NCBI GenBank assembly: GCA_947624175.1
Contig: CANQJD010000001.1
Coordinates: 1,897 to 65,896 of the forward strand
DNA: 64,000 nucleotides
Direction of reading: 5' to 3'
DNA from: an uncultured Bacilli bacterium
GTDB taxonomy: Bacteria > Bacillota_I > Bacilli_A > RF39 > UBA660
Shown: one piece after another, positions 32,584-43,259 of the stretch
Layout: the number at the start of each line of letters is the position of its first letter
How positions within the stretch are numbered: position 1 is the stretch's first letter
Made by a program: the position numbers and the translations under genes
Notes under the pieces: model-generated
The model's database searches: none
What the model was told of the DNA's origin: nothing
Seen by the model: the letters and a program-made list of their open reading frames with translations, nothing else

Positions 32584-33411
32584 CTATTTATAAATCCTTT
32601 CTTTATATTGATTTATATAATTAAATGCTTCTGTATAATCAATTTTATCATATTGATTGCATTTTTCATTAATCCCGTTTATGCCAGGATAATTTCTATC
32701 CATGTATGGTCTAAACTCTTGTTCCATACTAGAATAAACATTTAAATATAAATTCTTAGCTTCCTCCCCTAGTTCATTTTGTAAAATATCAAGTCTTGTT
32801 TCAAAATTTGCAAACGTTAATTGATTACAAATCTCTAAACCAAATAGTTGTTGTAATTCAAAAGCAATTTTAGTTTCTTTAGGATAACCACAACAAGATG
32901 TTTCTAACCCATATTTTTGAGCAATTTCCCGAGTTTTCAGTTCATTAAAACCTTCTGCAATAGCACTTGCTCCATTAGAACCACATGCATGCATTACTTC
33001 ATGTAACAAGATTTCTTTAAAATAGTCAAGAGGAGTTGCACCTTTTAAAATAATATGTTCAACAAAGTCTTTAAAAGTATTATTATTTATAATCATATCT
33101 AAATCATTATGAGTTTTATGAGATTTATTACTTCCATATTCTTTATAAGTTGCAAGAATACTAATTGCCTTATAGGCATCTAGTGGTAAATGAATAACTC
33201 CATCTTTTGTTGCAAATAAAGAAATGGTTTTAGTATCTTCAATTTGAACATAATTACTAAAATCTGTAATTTTATTTAAACGTTCCTTTATATCCTTTGG
33301 AATTACATCTTTATATTCATTTAAAATTATTTGAACATATTCTTTAAATAACAAAGATATTTCTCTTTTATCTTTATTAATATCATATTTAATTTCTTTT
33401 TCCATAATCAT
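32584..33411 (-). CDS. hypothetical HExxH protein (possible metallopeptidase)
   Basis: Long ORF with LLHEVMHACG, convergent with mnmE with a 2-nt gap. No family recognised. Confidence 0.5.
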   Translation of the reverse strand: MIMEKEIKYDINKDKREISLLFKEYVQIILNEYKDVIPKDIKERLNKITDFSNYVQIEDTKTISLFATKDGVIHLPLDAYKAISILATYKEYGSNKSHKTHNDLDMIINNNTFKDFVEHIILKGATPLDYFKEILLHEVMHACGSNGASAIAEGFNELKTREIAQKYGLETSCCGYPKETKIAFELQQLFGLEICNQLTFANFETRLDILQNELGEEAKNLYLNVYSSMEQEFRPYMDRNYPGINGINEKCNQYDKIDYTEAFNYINQYKERIYK

Positions 33412-33530
33412 CCTCTTTATAAATAAAGTATATCATTAAAATTAAAAAATGGTGTACTTTTTTTGGTAAGTTTTTATTTACAATAAATTAAAAATGTTGT
33501 ATAATCTCTAGGAAGTGTGGAAGTGATAGA

Positions 33531-35396
33531 ATGGAATATGAAATCATTGTTGTAGGTGGAGGTCATGCTGGATGTGAAGCGAGTTTAGCATCTGCAAGAC
33601 TTAATCATAAAACTTTATTGGTAACAGGAAATATTAAGAATATAGCTGATATGCCGTGTAATCCTAGTATTGGAGGACCAGCTAAAGGAATTTTAGTCAG
33701 GGAAATAGATGCTTTAGGTGGAGAGATGGGCATCAACACTGATAAAAGTCATTTACAATTAAAAATGTTAAATACCAAAAAAGGTCCAGCTGTTTGGGCA
33801 TTAAGAGCTCAAGCTGATAAAATAACTTATCCAAAAGAAATGTTAAAAACATTGAATAATCAAGAAAATTTAACCATTAAAGAAGCCATTGTTGATGATT
33901 TATTAGTTAAAGATAATAAAGTTTATGGAGTAAAGTTAGAATCAGGTGAAGAAATTAAATCCAAAATAGTTATTTTAACAACTGGTACTTACTTAAAAGC
34001 TGATATTTTAGTTGGAGACAAAAGGACACCTGGTGGTCCACATGGTGAAAAAGAAGCCAAGAATTTAAGTGATAATTTAAGAAAATTAGGTCTTACAATT
34101 CAAAGATTAAAAACGGGAACTCCTCAAAGAATTAAAAAATCTTCAATTGATTACTCTGTTTTAGAACGAGAAGATGGTGATAAAGAATTAAGAACCTTTT
34201 CATTTGATACTAAACCAATGTATAAAATTGAAGACCAAGTTCCTTGTTACTTAACCTATACAAATCTTGCAACTCATAAGATAATCATGGATAATCTTGA
34301 GAAATCAAGCATGTATGGAGGTTATGTAAGAGGTATTGGACCAAGATATTGTCCATCTATTGAAGATAAAGTTGTAAGATTTAAAGATAAAGAACGTCAT
34401 CAATTATTCTTAGAACCGGAAAGTTTATATTATGATGATATCTATTTACAAGGTTTTTCAACGAGTATGCCCCATGATATTCAAGAAGAGATGGTTCATA
34501 GTTTAAAAGGTTTAGAGCATGCTGAGATTGTAAAATATGCATATGCTATCGAATATGATGCAATAGACCCTTTAGAAATGAAACCAAGTTTAGAAAATAA
34601 AATACTTGAAAATTTATTTACAGCTGGGCAAATCAACGGAACCAGTGGCTATGAAGAAGCAGCGGCTCAAGGACTGATGGCTGGAATAAATGCAAGTTTG
34701 AAGTTAAATGATAAAGAGCCTTTAATCTTAAAAAGAAATGAAGCTTATCTTGGAGTATTGATTGATGATTTAGTAACGAAAGGAACCAAAGAACCATATC
34801 GAATGTTAACATCAAGGGCTGAATATCGATTACTTCTTCGTCATGATAATGCTGATATCAGACTTCGGGAATATGGACATCAAATTGGTTTAATTGATGA
34901 TACAAGATATCAAAAATTCCAAACTAAATTACATAATATCGAAGAACTTACAAATTATTTGAAGACTAATAAAGTTTATCCAACAGAGATTGAGTTATTT
35001 CAAAAACTTAATACTTCCCCTATTCTTGATGGTATAACTTTATATGAATTACTAAAAAGACCTGAAATAAAGATAACTAATTTAAAAGATTTAGGAAAAA
35101 TTCCAGATAAATATGATGATGCGGTTTTAGAACAAGTTGAAATTTCAATTAAATATGCTGGTTATATAGCTAAAGAAGAACGAGAAGCCAAGAAATTAAA
35201 GGACTTAGAAAGTATAAAAATTCCAGAAAATTTGGATTATCAAAAAGTACCTAATTTAGCCGGTGAAGGAAGACAAAAATTAGACCAAGTAAAACCAATT
35301 ACTTTAGGTCAAGCATCTCGAATAAGTGGTGTAAACCCTGCTGATATTGCCGTTTTAAGTGTTTATTTAAAGAGGTTAAACAATGAATCAAGATAG
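33531..35396 (+). CDS. mnmG: tRNA uridine 5-carboxymethylaminomethyl modification enzyme MnmG (GidA)
   Basis: FAD motif (VVGGGHAGCEA) and full-length GidA pattern. A TTTACA-17-TATAAT promoter lies upstream. Confidence 0.95.
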   Translation: MEYEIIVVGGGHAGCEASLASARLNHKTLLVTGNIKNIADMPCNPSIGGPAKGILVREIDALGGEMGINTDKSHLQLKMLNTKKGPAVWALRAQADKITYPKEMLKTLNNQENLTIKEAIVDDLLVKDNKVYGVKLESGEEIKSKIVILTTGTYLKADILVGDKRTPGGPHGEKEAKNLSDNLRKLGLTIQRLKTGTPQRIKKSSIDYSVLEREDGDKELRTFSFDTKPMYKIEDQVPCYLTYTNLATHKIIMDNLEKSSMYGGYVRGIGPRYCPSIEDKVVRFKDKERHQLFLEPESLYYDDIYLQGFSTSMPHDIQEEMVHSLKGLEHAEIVKYAYAIEYDAIDPLEMKPSLENKILENLFTAGQINGTSGYEEAAAQGLMAGINASLKLNDKEPLILKRNEAYLGVLIDDLVTKGTKEPYRMLTSRAEYRLLLRHDNADIRLREYGHQIGLIDDTRYQKFQTKLHNIEELTNYLKTNKVYPTEIELFQKLNTSPILDGITLYELLKRPEIKITNLKDLGKIPDKYDDAVLEQVEISIKYAGYIAKEEREAKKLKDLESIKIPENLDYQKVPNLAGEGRQKLDQVKPITLGQASRISGVNPADIAVLSVYLKRLNNESR

Positions 35397-36090
35397 ATTT
35401 ATAGAAGAAACTAAGAAATTAGGTATTGAATTAGATGATTTAAAATTAACTAAATTAAATACGTTTTATGAACTATTAATTAGTTGGAATGAAAAAATTA
35501 ATTTAACAACCATTACAAAACGAGAAGATGTTTACTTAAAACATTTTTATGATAGTCTAACTTTAGTAAAAGGTATTGATTTAACTCGTGATTTAAAAGT
35601 ATTAGATGTTGGAACAGGGGCAGGGTTTCCTGGAATTGTTTTAAAAATCATATTTCCAAGCTTAAAAATAACTCTTCTAGATTCTTTAAATAAAAGGATA
35701 AATTATCTAAATGAAATAATTAAAGAACTTGATTTAAAAGATATAGAAACGAAATGTTTAAGAGTTGAAGACTATGCACATATTGCTTCTGAAGAATATG
35801 ATTTAGTCGTTGCCAGAGCCGTTTCTCATCTTGGTATTTTAATTGAAACCTGTACTCCTCTTTTAAAAGTTAATGCTTATCTTATTGCTATGAAATCAAA
35901 TGTAGAAGAAGAAATAGAGGAGTCAAGTAATATCTTAAAAAATATCAAAGCCGAGATTAAAGAGATAATAACTTTTAATTTACCTATTGAAAATAGTATA
36001 AGAACTTTAGTTAAAGTTCAAAAGAAAGATAAAACTCCAAATAAATATCCAAGGCCTTATGGTAAAATTAAAAGGGAATATCAAAAGTAA
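35383..36090 (+). CDS. rsmG: 16S rRNA m7G527 methyltransferase RsmG (GidB)
   Basis: DVGTGAGFPGI SAM motif. Follows mnmG. Confidence 0.9.
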   Translation: MNQDRFIEETKKLGIELDDLKLTKLNTFYELLISWNEKINLTTITKREDVYLKHFYDSLTLVKGIDLTRDLKVLDVGTGAGFPGIVLKIIFPSLKITLLDSLNKRINYLNEIIKELDLKDIETKCLRVEDYAHIASEEYDLVVARAVSHLGILIETCTPLLKVNAYLIAMKSNVEEEIEESSNILKNIKAEIKEIITFNLPIENSIRTLVKVQKKDKTPNKYPRPYGKIKREYQK

Positions 36091-36285
36091 ATATTGCTTG
36101 GGAAATAATATTTTAAAGATTAACAATATTCATTTTTTAGTAATAGTAATTATTAATTAATAAATATTGTTTTCTTTTGGGAAATTAGATAAAATAAGAA
36201 ATATTTTAAAAAGGGGATTGAAAAAAATGTAAATTTAAGGTATCATATTAATATATGCTAACTGTAAAAAGAAAGAAGGGATTGT

Positions 36286-38562
36286 ATGGATAAAGAAAAA
36301 AAGGAGAATGAAGTTGTCTATTTAAGATTAGATGATATTCTTCCTAACCAGTTTCAACCACGTGAAGTCTTTGATGAAACCGGACTTCAAGAACTTGCTG
36401 ATTCCATTAAAGAACATGGTGTCATACAACCAGTTATTGTTAGACCTCAAGGAGAGAAGTACGAACTTATAGCTGGAGAGAGACGTTGTAAAGCATCAGC
36501 TCTAGCCGGACTTACCAAAGTACCAGCAATTATCCGGGAAATGGATGATAAAGAAAGTGCTAAAGTATCTTTACTTGAAAATTTACAAAGAAGGAACTTA
36601 AGTGCTATTGAAGAAGCTAGAACTTACAAAAAAATCTTGGAACTTGATAATATGACTCAAGATGAACTTGCTAAAACAATGGGAAAAAGTCAACCAATGA
36701 TTGCTAATAAAATAAGACTTTTAGGTCTGCCTGAAGAAGTTCAAGATGCTTTAATTAAAAATCAAATTTCGGAACGTCATGCCAGGAGTTTATTAAATGT
36801 TAAAAATAAAGAACAACAGTTGATGATGTTAGATAGAATTCGAAATGAAAGATTAACCGTTAGGGAACTTGATGCTGAAATTAAAAAATTAGTTCAACCA
36901 ATTGATCCTAATGAAATTATAAATCAAGAGAGTTCTATGCAAGAAGAAAAAAAAGAGGAAGCAAATGAAGGAGGTGTAGATATGCAACAAAATATGATGA
37001 ATGGTAATATGAATAATAATTTTAATAACAATAATAATATGACTCAAGAATTTAATAATGCAAATAATAATACTTTTAATGATAGCAATATGAATATGGG
37101 AATGCCATCTAATATGAGTGAGCCTATTCCTCAAAATAATCAATTTGGAAATACTCAAAACTTATATGGTAATTTCAGCAATATGGGCTTAAATGATTAT
37201 CAAGGAAGTGGTATGTTTAATAATATTCCAAACTTTAACAATCAAAATATGCAAAATACATCCCCTCTTCCAACTTTTCAAGGAGGATTCTCTAATCCAT
37301 CAACTAATAACTCTAATGAAGGAAATACGTCTTTTATTGAATCACAACCTAATATATCTAATAATATAAATGATAATCGTTTAAATGAGATACCAGGTTT
37401 CAATGATACTCCTTCAAATTCTGATACACCTAATAAAAATTTTAATTCTTTAGGTTCAATGTTTGATGGAAATCCTAACAGTAATAATAATCAAAATCTG
37501 GCTCCTGATTATACAAACGACAATAATAATTCTAATACATTCATTAGTCAAATAAGAGAAGATACTATTAAGCCAAAAGAAAATCAATTCTTACCAAATT
37601 TTGATACACCTAATAACTTTGATAATCAAAATAACTTTAATGATATGTCTAATATGAATAATTTTGATAGTCAAAATGATTTTGGAATGAATAATTTTAT
37701 TAATCAAAGTCAAAATCAAAATACATTTAATGACTTTAATAATAACAATAATATGAACAATATGAATAATGATTTTAGTAATCCAGGTTTAAATAATTTT
37801 GGTGGACCAATTAATGATTTTTCATTTCCTCAAAATAATAATAACAATATGCCATTTAATATGCCTTCAAATAATTTTAATGCTAATCAAGGGGGGTTAT
37901 TTAATCAACCTCTTAACATAGTAAGTGTTCCTGGTAGTGATATGAATAATAATCCAGAAGAAAATGAAAATTCAAAGGACAATGGTCATTTTGATTATGA
38001 AAATGCTAGTCAAAATAATTCAGATGAAAATACTGAATCAGAAAACAATATGCAATCTAACGATGATGAATCTACTGATGAAGAATCTAATGATAAAGAA
38101 AATTTTGATAATCCATTAGATGATGCTTATGAAGATATTTTAAATGTTAAACCAGTAGCAGTTAATCCTGATGAAGAGAAACAAGAAGAAAGTGATGCTG
38201 ATAAAGAAGAGACAAAAGAACAAAGTGAAGATAGTGATACTTCTGAAACAGAGAGTGAAGATACTAGTGAAGAAGTTGAAGTAATTGGAGGTGATTCACC
38301 TTCTGGAGATACTGAAACTAAAGAAAATACAAATGAAACTTCAGAAAAACAAGATTACAAAGAAGATAGTAAAGAAGAAGATAATAAAAAGAAAGATGAT
38401 TATATTCATCTAGAACCAGAAAAAACTATCTTTGATGCAAGAGGTGCTGTTTATGAACTTAAGAAAACAACCGATGCTATTAAACTAAACAATATAAATA
38501 TTGATACCGAAGAAATAGAATTCGATGACTATTATCAAATTACTATCAAAATCAAAAAATAA
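36286..38562 (+). CDS. ParB/Noc-family protein with a very long Asn-rich and acidic low-complexity region
   Basis: The N-terminal ~200 aa form a ParB N-domain plus HTH (GERRCKAS arginine patch, LLENLQRRNLS). It occupies the noc position between rsmG and soj. Residues ~205-690 are low complexity. Confidence 0.8.
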   Translation: MDKEKKENEVVYLRLDDILPNQFQPREVFDETGLQELADSIKEHGVIQPVIVRPQGEKYELIAGERRCKASALAGLTKVPAIIREMDDKESAKVSLLENLQRRNLSAIEEARTYKKILELDNMTQDELAKTMGKSQPMIANKIRLLGLPEEVQDALIKNQISERHARSLLNVKNKEQQLMMLDRIRNERLTVRELDAEIKKLVQPIDPNEIINQESSMQEEKKEEANEGGVDMQQNMMNGNMNNNFNNNNNMTQEFNNANNNTFNDSNMNMGMPSNMSEPIPQNNQFGNTQNLYGNFSNMGLNDYQGSGMFNNIPNFNNQNMQNTSPLPTFQGGFSNPSTNNSNEGNTSFIESQPNISNNINDNRLNEIPGFNDTPSNSDTPNKNFNSLGSMFDGNPNSNNNQNLAPDYTNDNNNSNTFISQIREDTIKPKENQFLPNFDTPNNFDNQNNFNDMSNMNNFDSQNDFGMNNFINQSQNQNTFNDFNNNNNMNNMNNDFSNPGLNNFGGPINDFSFPQNNNNNMPFNMPSNNFNANQGGLFNQPLNIVSVPGSDMNNNPEENENSKDNGHFDYENASQNNSDENTESENNMQSNDDESTDEESNDKENFDNPLDDAYEDILNVKPVAVNPDEEKQEESDADKEETKEQSEDSDTSETESEDTSEEVEVIGGDSPSGDTETKENTNETSEKQDYKEDSKEEDNKKKDDYIHLEPEKTIFDARGAVYELKKTTDAIKLNNINIDTEEIEFDDYYQITIKIKK

Positions 38563-38694
38563 ATTAAAAATTATTGATTACTAAAGAAAATCTTGGTAAT
38601 TAATAATTTTTTTGTATAAAGTTAGTAAATACCTTTGCTTATTCTGTCGTTTTTTGATAAAATATATTTGACAACATTTAAAGAAGGTGTAATC

Positions 38695-39480
38695 ATGGGA
38701 AAAATTATTTCATTAGTAAATCAAAAAGGAGGAGTTGGTAAGACAACAACTAGTATTAATCTAGCCGCTTCCCTTGCCTTACTTGGTAAGAATGTTTTAC
38801 TACTTGATTTAGACCCACAAGGCAATGCGACAACGGGTGTAGGAATTAACAAAGGTGATATTCAAAAAAGTATCTACGATTTATTAAGAGGAGATGCAAG
38901 TATTGAAGAAGTTATAGTTAAAACCGATTTTAGAAATCTTGATATTGTACCAGCAACGATTCAACTTGCGGGAATTGATATTGAATTAATGGAAAAAAGT
39001 AGAAATGATCCAAACTTTAAAAGGTCTCATCAATTAAAAACAAAAATAGAGTCTATTAAAAATAACTATGATTATTTGATTATTGATTGTCCTCCAAGTC
39101 TAGGTATGATTACAACTAATGCCTTAACAGCTAGTAATTCCGTTATAATTCCGGTTCAATGTGAATTTTATGCCTTAGAAGGAATTACTCAATTATTAAA
39201 TACAATTATGCTTGCTCAAAAGAACTTGAATCCTCATTTAGAACTTGAAGGTGTTCTTTTAACAATGCTTTCCAAATCTAATTTAGGACTTGATGTAATC
39301 GAGGAAATTAGAAGTTATTTTAAAGATAAAGTGTATGATACTATCATACCAAGATTAATTAGGCTTGCTGAAGCACCTAGTCATGGTAAGCCAATCGTTG
39401 CTTATGATCCTAAAAGTAAAGGGTCTGAAGCGTATATAAATTTAGCAAAGGAAGTGATAATGCGTAATGGAAACTCCTAG
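38695..39480 (+). CDS. soj: ParA/Soj chromosome partitioning ATPase
   Basis: Deviant Walker A (NQKGGVGKTTT). The start is placed at MGKIISL (38695). Confidence 0.92.
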   Translation: MGKIISLVNQKGGVGKTTTSINLAASLALLGKNVLLLDLDPQGNATTGVGINKGDIQKSIYDLLRGDASIEEVIVKTDFRNLDIVPATIQLAGIDIELMEKSRNDPNFKRSHQLKTKIESIKNNYDYLIIDCPPSLGMITTNALTASNSVIIPVQCEFYALEGITQLLNTIMLAQKNLNPHLELEGVLLTMLSKSNLGLDVIEEIRSYFKDKVYDTIIPRLIRLAEAPSHGKPIVAYDPKSKGSEAYINLAKEVIMRNGNS

Positions 39481-40351
39481 AAGAAGGGCCTTAGGAAAAG
39501 GTTTAGAAGAATTATTTGGTTCAGAGGTTTTGGATATTGAAACTTTAGAAGAACAAATCGTATCTGAAACACCAAAGGAAGAAATAGTAGAAGTTAATAT
39601 CAATGAACTTCGAAGTAACCCTTATCAACCAAGAAAAACATTTGATCAAGAAAGTTTGAATGAACTAGCAAGTTCGATTAAAGAACATGGGGTTTTTCAA
39701 CCAATTATTGTTAAAAAAAGTATTAAAGGCTATGAAATAGTTGCTGGTGAAAGAAGAGTTAAGGCTAGTAGTTTGGCTGGAAAAGCAACGATTCCTGCAA
39801 TCGTTCGTGAGTTTAATGATCAAGAAATGATGGAAATTGCTTTACTTGAAAACTTGCAAAGAGAAGATTTAAACCCTATTGAAGAAGCAATTGCCTATCA
39901 AAATATTATGGAGTCACGTGGTTATAGTCATGAACAATTAGCTGAAAAAATAGGTAAAAGTAGAAGTTATGTTACTAATATGGTAGGACTTCTTAACCTA
40001 CCAGATTCCGTTAAAGATTTAGTTATTGCAAGAAAAATACCAATGACTCATGCTAGAACTTTAAGTAAAATGCAAGATGTTGACAAAATTGAAGAACTTG
40101 CTGATAAAATTATCAATGAAGGTTTATCAACTTATGAATTAGATGAGATTTCACAAGGTAAAGAAGTTGCCAAAAGAAATAAAATGGAACGTCATGAAAC
40201 CGAAGAAACAAGAACTTATAAATATATTCAAGAATTATTATGTGATAAATTAGAAACGAAGGTTAAAGTTCGGAGTAAAAAGATTGAAATTAATTTCCAA
40301 GATTTAGAAGATTTTAATCGCATTATGGAAATTCTTGGTATAAGTGAGTGA
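39467..40351 (+). CDS. spo0J: ParB/Spo0J chromosome partitioning protein
   Basis: ParB box (GERRVKAS), HTH and C-terminal dimerisation segment. Follows soj. Confidence 0.92.
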   Translation: METPRRRALGKGLEELFGSEVLDIETLEEQIVSETPKEEIVEVNINELRSNPYQPRKTFDQESLNELASSIKEHGVFQPIIVKKSIKGYEIVAGERRVKASSLAGKATIPAIVREFNDQEMMEIALLENLQREDLNPIEEAIAYQNIMESRGYSHEQLAEKIGKSRSYVTNMVGLLNLPDSVKDLVIARKIPMTHARTLSKMQDVDKIEELADKIINEGLSTYELDEISQGKEVAKRNKMERHETEETRTYKYIQELLCDKLETKVKVRSKKIEINFQDLEDFNRIMEILGISE

Positions 40352-40354
40352 TAT

Positions 40355-40558
40355 ATGGAAGATAAAAAATATGATATTGGAACCATTCTTACAATGAAAA
40401 AAGCCCATCCTTGTGGAGAAAATAAATGGGAAGTTGTAAGAGTTGGGGCTGATATAAAGATTAAATGTTTAAATTGTGGTCATGTTGTGATGTTACCAAG
40501 AGTAGAATTTAATAAAAAAATAAAGAAAATTATATCTAATGGTGATAAAAATGAATAG
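40355..40558 (+). CDS. DUF951 (YyzM-like) small protein
   Basis: 67 aa with KKAHPCGENKWEVVRVGADIKIKCLNCGH, the characteristic DUF951 pattern. Lies downstream of spo0J as in Bacillus. Confidence 0.75.
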   Translation: MEDKKYDIGTILTMKKAHPCGENKWEVVRVGADIKIKCLNCGHVVMLPRVEFNKKIKKIISNGDKNE

Positions 40559-42146
40559 AAAGAAAAAATTACGATTAAAGAAACCGAAGTTGCATCCCGT
40601 TACTTTATATATAATCTTAACAGTATTAACCGTTTTAGTAAGTGGGATTTTAAGTGGAATAAAGTTTCAAACAACTTATAGTACGATTAATGCAACTGAC
40701 CTTTCAATCGTTCAAAATACAGTTCGGGTTGAGAATTTATTAAATTATAATGGATTAAAATATATTATTAGTAATGCTGCAACTAATTTCATTAGTTTTG
40801 CACCCTTAAGTATGTTGATTATAACAGCTATTGGTATGTCTGTTTTAATGTCATCAGGGTTTATGGATTATCTCTCCAAGCATATTTTCTCGAAGATTAA
40901 TAATAAAGTTATAACCTTTATAATAATCTTTATAGGGATAATTTCAACAATTATTAATGATATAGGATATGTTATTTTAATTCCAATTGCAGCATCGATT
41001 TATGAAACGAAAGGACGAAATCCTTTATCGGGTGTAATTGCTGCCTTTTGTGGAGTTGCCTTTGGAACTGGTACTAGTATCTTTGTGGGTTCTGCGGAAG
41101 TATCTTTAATTCCTTATACAACAAGTGCTGCAAGACTAGTGGATGGTGCTTTTCATGTAAGTTTATTATCTAATTTATTTATCATGATAGCATCTACAAT
41201 CATATTAGCAATAGTTGGAACGATTATAGTTGAAAAAATTATCGTTCCAAAATTTGGTCGAGTTAAAAAGGAAGATGCTGAAGAAGAAATAGAAGTAATT
41301 GAAAATCTTGATGAAGAAGAGAAAGAACAAGAAAGATTAAATACAGAATATAAAGAAAAAAGAGGATTCCGCTATGCTTTGATTGCTGGAATTATCATGA
41401 TGATTTTATTCATTTATTCAGTTATTCCAAATTTACCTTTATCAGGAATGCTTCTTGATATGACAGAAGATACTTATTTAAAACAAATCTTTGGAGATAA
41501 CTCTTATTTCCAAGATGGATTTACTTATATGATGTCACTTCTTTTTATAGTAACAGGACTTGCTTATGGAATAGGTTCTAAAACATTTAAAAATGATAGA
41601 GATGTCTTTGAGGGATGTCATGATAATTTAAAAAATCTTGGAGGAATATTAATTTTAATCTTCTTCGCAGCTCAATTTATCTATGTATTTAGAAAAACTA
41701 ATATCGGAACGATTTTAACAGGAATAGTTGCTAATGTTATAGATAGTATAGAGTTTGGTGGAATAGCTCTTTTAGTAATAGCTATTATTTTGATTGCTAT
41801 TGCGAACCTCTTCTTAACAACGCCTCAGGCTAAATGGGTTATCTTAGCACCGGTTATAGTACCACCTTTAATGCAATTCAACATTGCTCCTCAATTTTTA
41901 CAATTTGTATTAAGGGCTGCTGATTCGATGACTAATGGAATAACTCCCCTATCAACCTTCTTTGTCATATTTATTGCTTTCTTGAATATTTATAATAAAG
42001 ATAAAGATAAACCAATTGGAATATTTGGAGCAATACGACTAATCATGCCATATTGTTTAATAATTTCTTTAACTTGGTTGCTACTTTTGATTGGTTGGTA
42101 TATAATAGGATTGCCGATTGGACCAGGAGTGTATCCAACCATATAA
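40539..42146 (+). CDS. AbgT-family transporter
   Basis: Polytopic protein of ~530 aa with an N-terminal LHPVTLY motif, resembling AbgT/YdaH. The start may be MNRKKK at 40551. Confidence 0.6.
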   Translation: MVIKMNRKKKLRLKKPKLHPVTLYIILTVLTVLVSGILSGIKFQTTYSTINATDLSIVQNTVRVENLLNYNGLKYIISNAATNFISFAPLSMLIITAIGMSVLMSSGFMDYLSKHIFSKINNKVITFIIIFIGIISTIINDIGYVILIPIAASIYETKGRNPLSGVIAAFCGVAFGTGTSIFVGSAEVSLIPYTTSAARLVDGAFHVSLLSNLFIMIASTIILAIVGTIIVEKIIVPKFGRVKKEDAEEEIEVIENLDEEEKEQERLNTEYKEKRGFRYALIAGIIMMILFIYSVIPNLPLSGMLLDMTEDTYLKQIFGDNSYFQDGFTYMMSLLFIVTGLAYGIGSKTFKNDRDVFEGCHDNLKNLGGILILIFFAAQFIYVFRKTNIGTILTGIVANVIDSIEFGGIALLVIAIILIAIANLFLTTPQAKWVILAPVIVPPLMQFNIAPQFLQFVLRAADSMTNGITPLSTFFVIFIAFLNIYNKDKDKPIGIFGAIRLIMPYCLIISLTWLLLLIGWYIIGLPIGPGVYPTI

Positions 42147-42161
42147 GAAGGAGGATGAAGT

Positions 42162-43259
42162 ATGAGTTTAAAAGCAGGAATTGTTGGACTTCCAAATGTT
42201 GGAAAGTCAACCTTATTCAATGCCATTACCAAACAAAATATATTAGCAGCAAATTATCCTTTTGCAACGATTGACCCCAATGTTGGAGTTGTAAATGTTC
42301 CAGATAATAGAATGAATATCTTAAATGATATGTATATGCCTGAACGATTAATTTTAGCCAGTTATGAATTTACAGATATTGCAGGACTTGTAAAAGGTGC
42401 CTCGACGGGTGAAGGTTTAGGTAATAAATTCTTATCCCATATAAGAGAAGTTGATGCAATCGTTGAAGTTGTTAGATGCTTTGATGATGCGAACATCATT
42501 CATGTTGAAGGGGGCTGTGACCCGATTCGGGATGTTGAAATAATTGATTTGGAACTGGCTATTAGTGATTTAGAAATTGTCACGAATAGACTAGATAAAG
42601 TTTATAAAAAAGCTATGACTACAAAAGATGCTGATTCTCTAATAGAAGTCTCGGCTTTAACAAAAGCCAAAAATGCTTTAGAAAAATCAATACCATTAAG
42701 GCAAATTGATTTTACTGATGAAGAAAAATTAAAAATAAAATCATTTCAATTTCTAACTATGAAACCGATTATTTATCTTGCTAATATTAAAGAAGAAGAT
42801 TTAGGTAAACCTGATAACCATTATGTTGCTTCTTTAAAAGAATATATAGGAAATGATAGCAAAGTTATCAAAATATGTGCCAAAGTTGAAAGCGAGTTAT
42901 CAGAGTTATCAATCGAAGATAAAAATGAAATGTTAGAAATGCTTGGAATTGAAACAAGTGGACTTGATGAACTTATTAATGTAACTTATGAAATATTAGG
43001 ACTTAAAACTTATTTTACAGTAGGTCCTGATGAAGTAAGAGCTTGGACTTTCAAAGATGGAATGAATGCCAAAGAATGTGCAGGAATCATTCATACTGAT
43101 TTTGAAAAAGGCTTCATTAAAGCCGAGGTTATGAGTTATAATGATTTAATTGCTTGTGGAAATGAACTTAAGGTCAAAGAGGCCGGAAAATTAAGAATAG
43201 AAGGAAAGGATTATTTAATGCAAGATGGAGATATTTGCCATTTTCGCTTTAATAAATAG
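42162..43259 (+). CDS. ychF: ribosome-binding ATPase YchF
   Basis: GIVGLPNVGKSTLFNA and the C-terminal TGS/YchF domain (DGDICHFRFN). Confidence 0.95.
   Translation: MSLKAGIVGLPNVGKSTLFNAITKQNILAANYPFATIDPNVGVVNVPDNRMNILNDMYMPERLILASYEFTDIAGLVKGASTGEGLGNKFLSHIREVDAIVEVVRCFDDANIIHVEGGCDPIRDVEIIDLELAISDLEIVTNRLDKVYKKAMTTKDADSLIEVSALTKAKNALEKSIPLRQIDFTDEEKLKIKSFQFLTMKPIIYLANIKEEDLGKPDNHYVASLKEYIGNDSKVIKICAKVESELSELSIEDKNEMLEMLGIETSGLDELINVTYEILGLKTYFTVGPDEVRAWTFKDGMNAKECAGIIHTDFEKGFIKAEVMSYNDLIACGNELKVKEAGKLRIEGKDYLMQDGDICHFRFNK

Noticed and set aside
25205-36186. GGGAAAT / ATTTCCC half-sites (25206, 25252, 25404, 36099, 36178) considered as Noc-binding sites. I also looked for parS (TGTTNCACGTGAAACA).
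   Set aside because: Only half-sites or a poor 15-nt approximation (atttcccaaagaaat) are present. By rough composition arithmetic a 7-mer like this is expected several times by chance in 64 kb. I found no full parS by eye. A proper pattern scan is needed.
36889-37158. 89-aa minus-strand ORF antisense to the noc-like gene.
   Set aside because: It is the antisense of Asn-codon-rich (AAT/AAC) DNA, which gives Ile/Leu-rich nonsense. It lies inside a much longer, well-supported plus-strand ORF.
36930-37970. Asn-rich coding DNA of the noc-like gene considered as a nucleotide-level tandem repeat or microsatellite.
   Set aside because: The motifs recur at the amino-acid level (NNF, QN, NM) but I could not find exact periodic DNA repeats. 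It is compositional bias rather than a repeat array.
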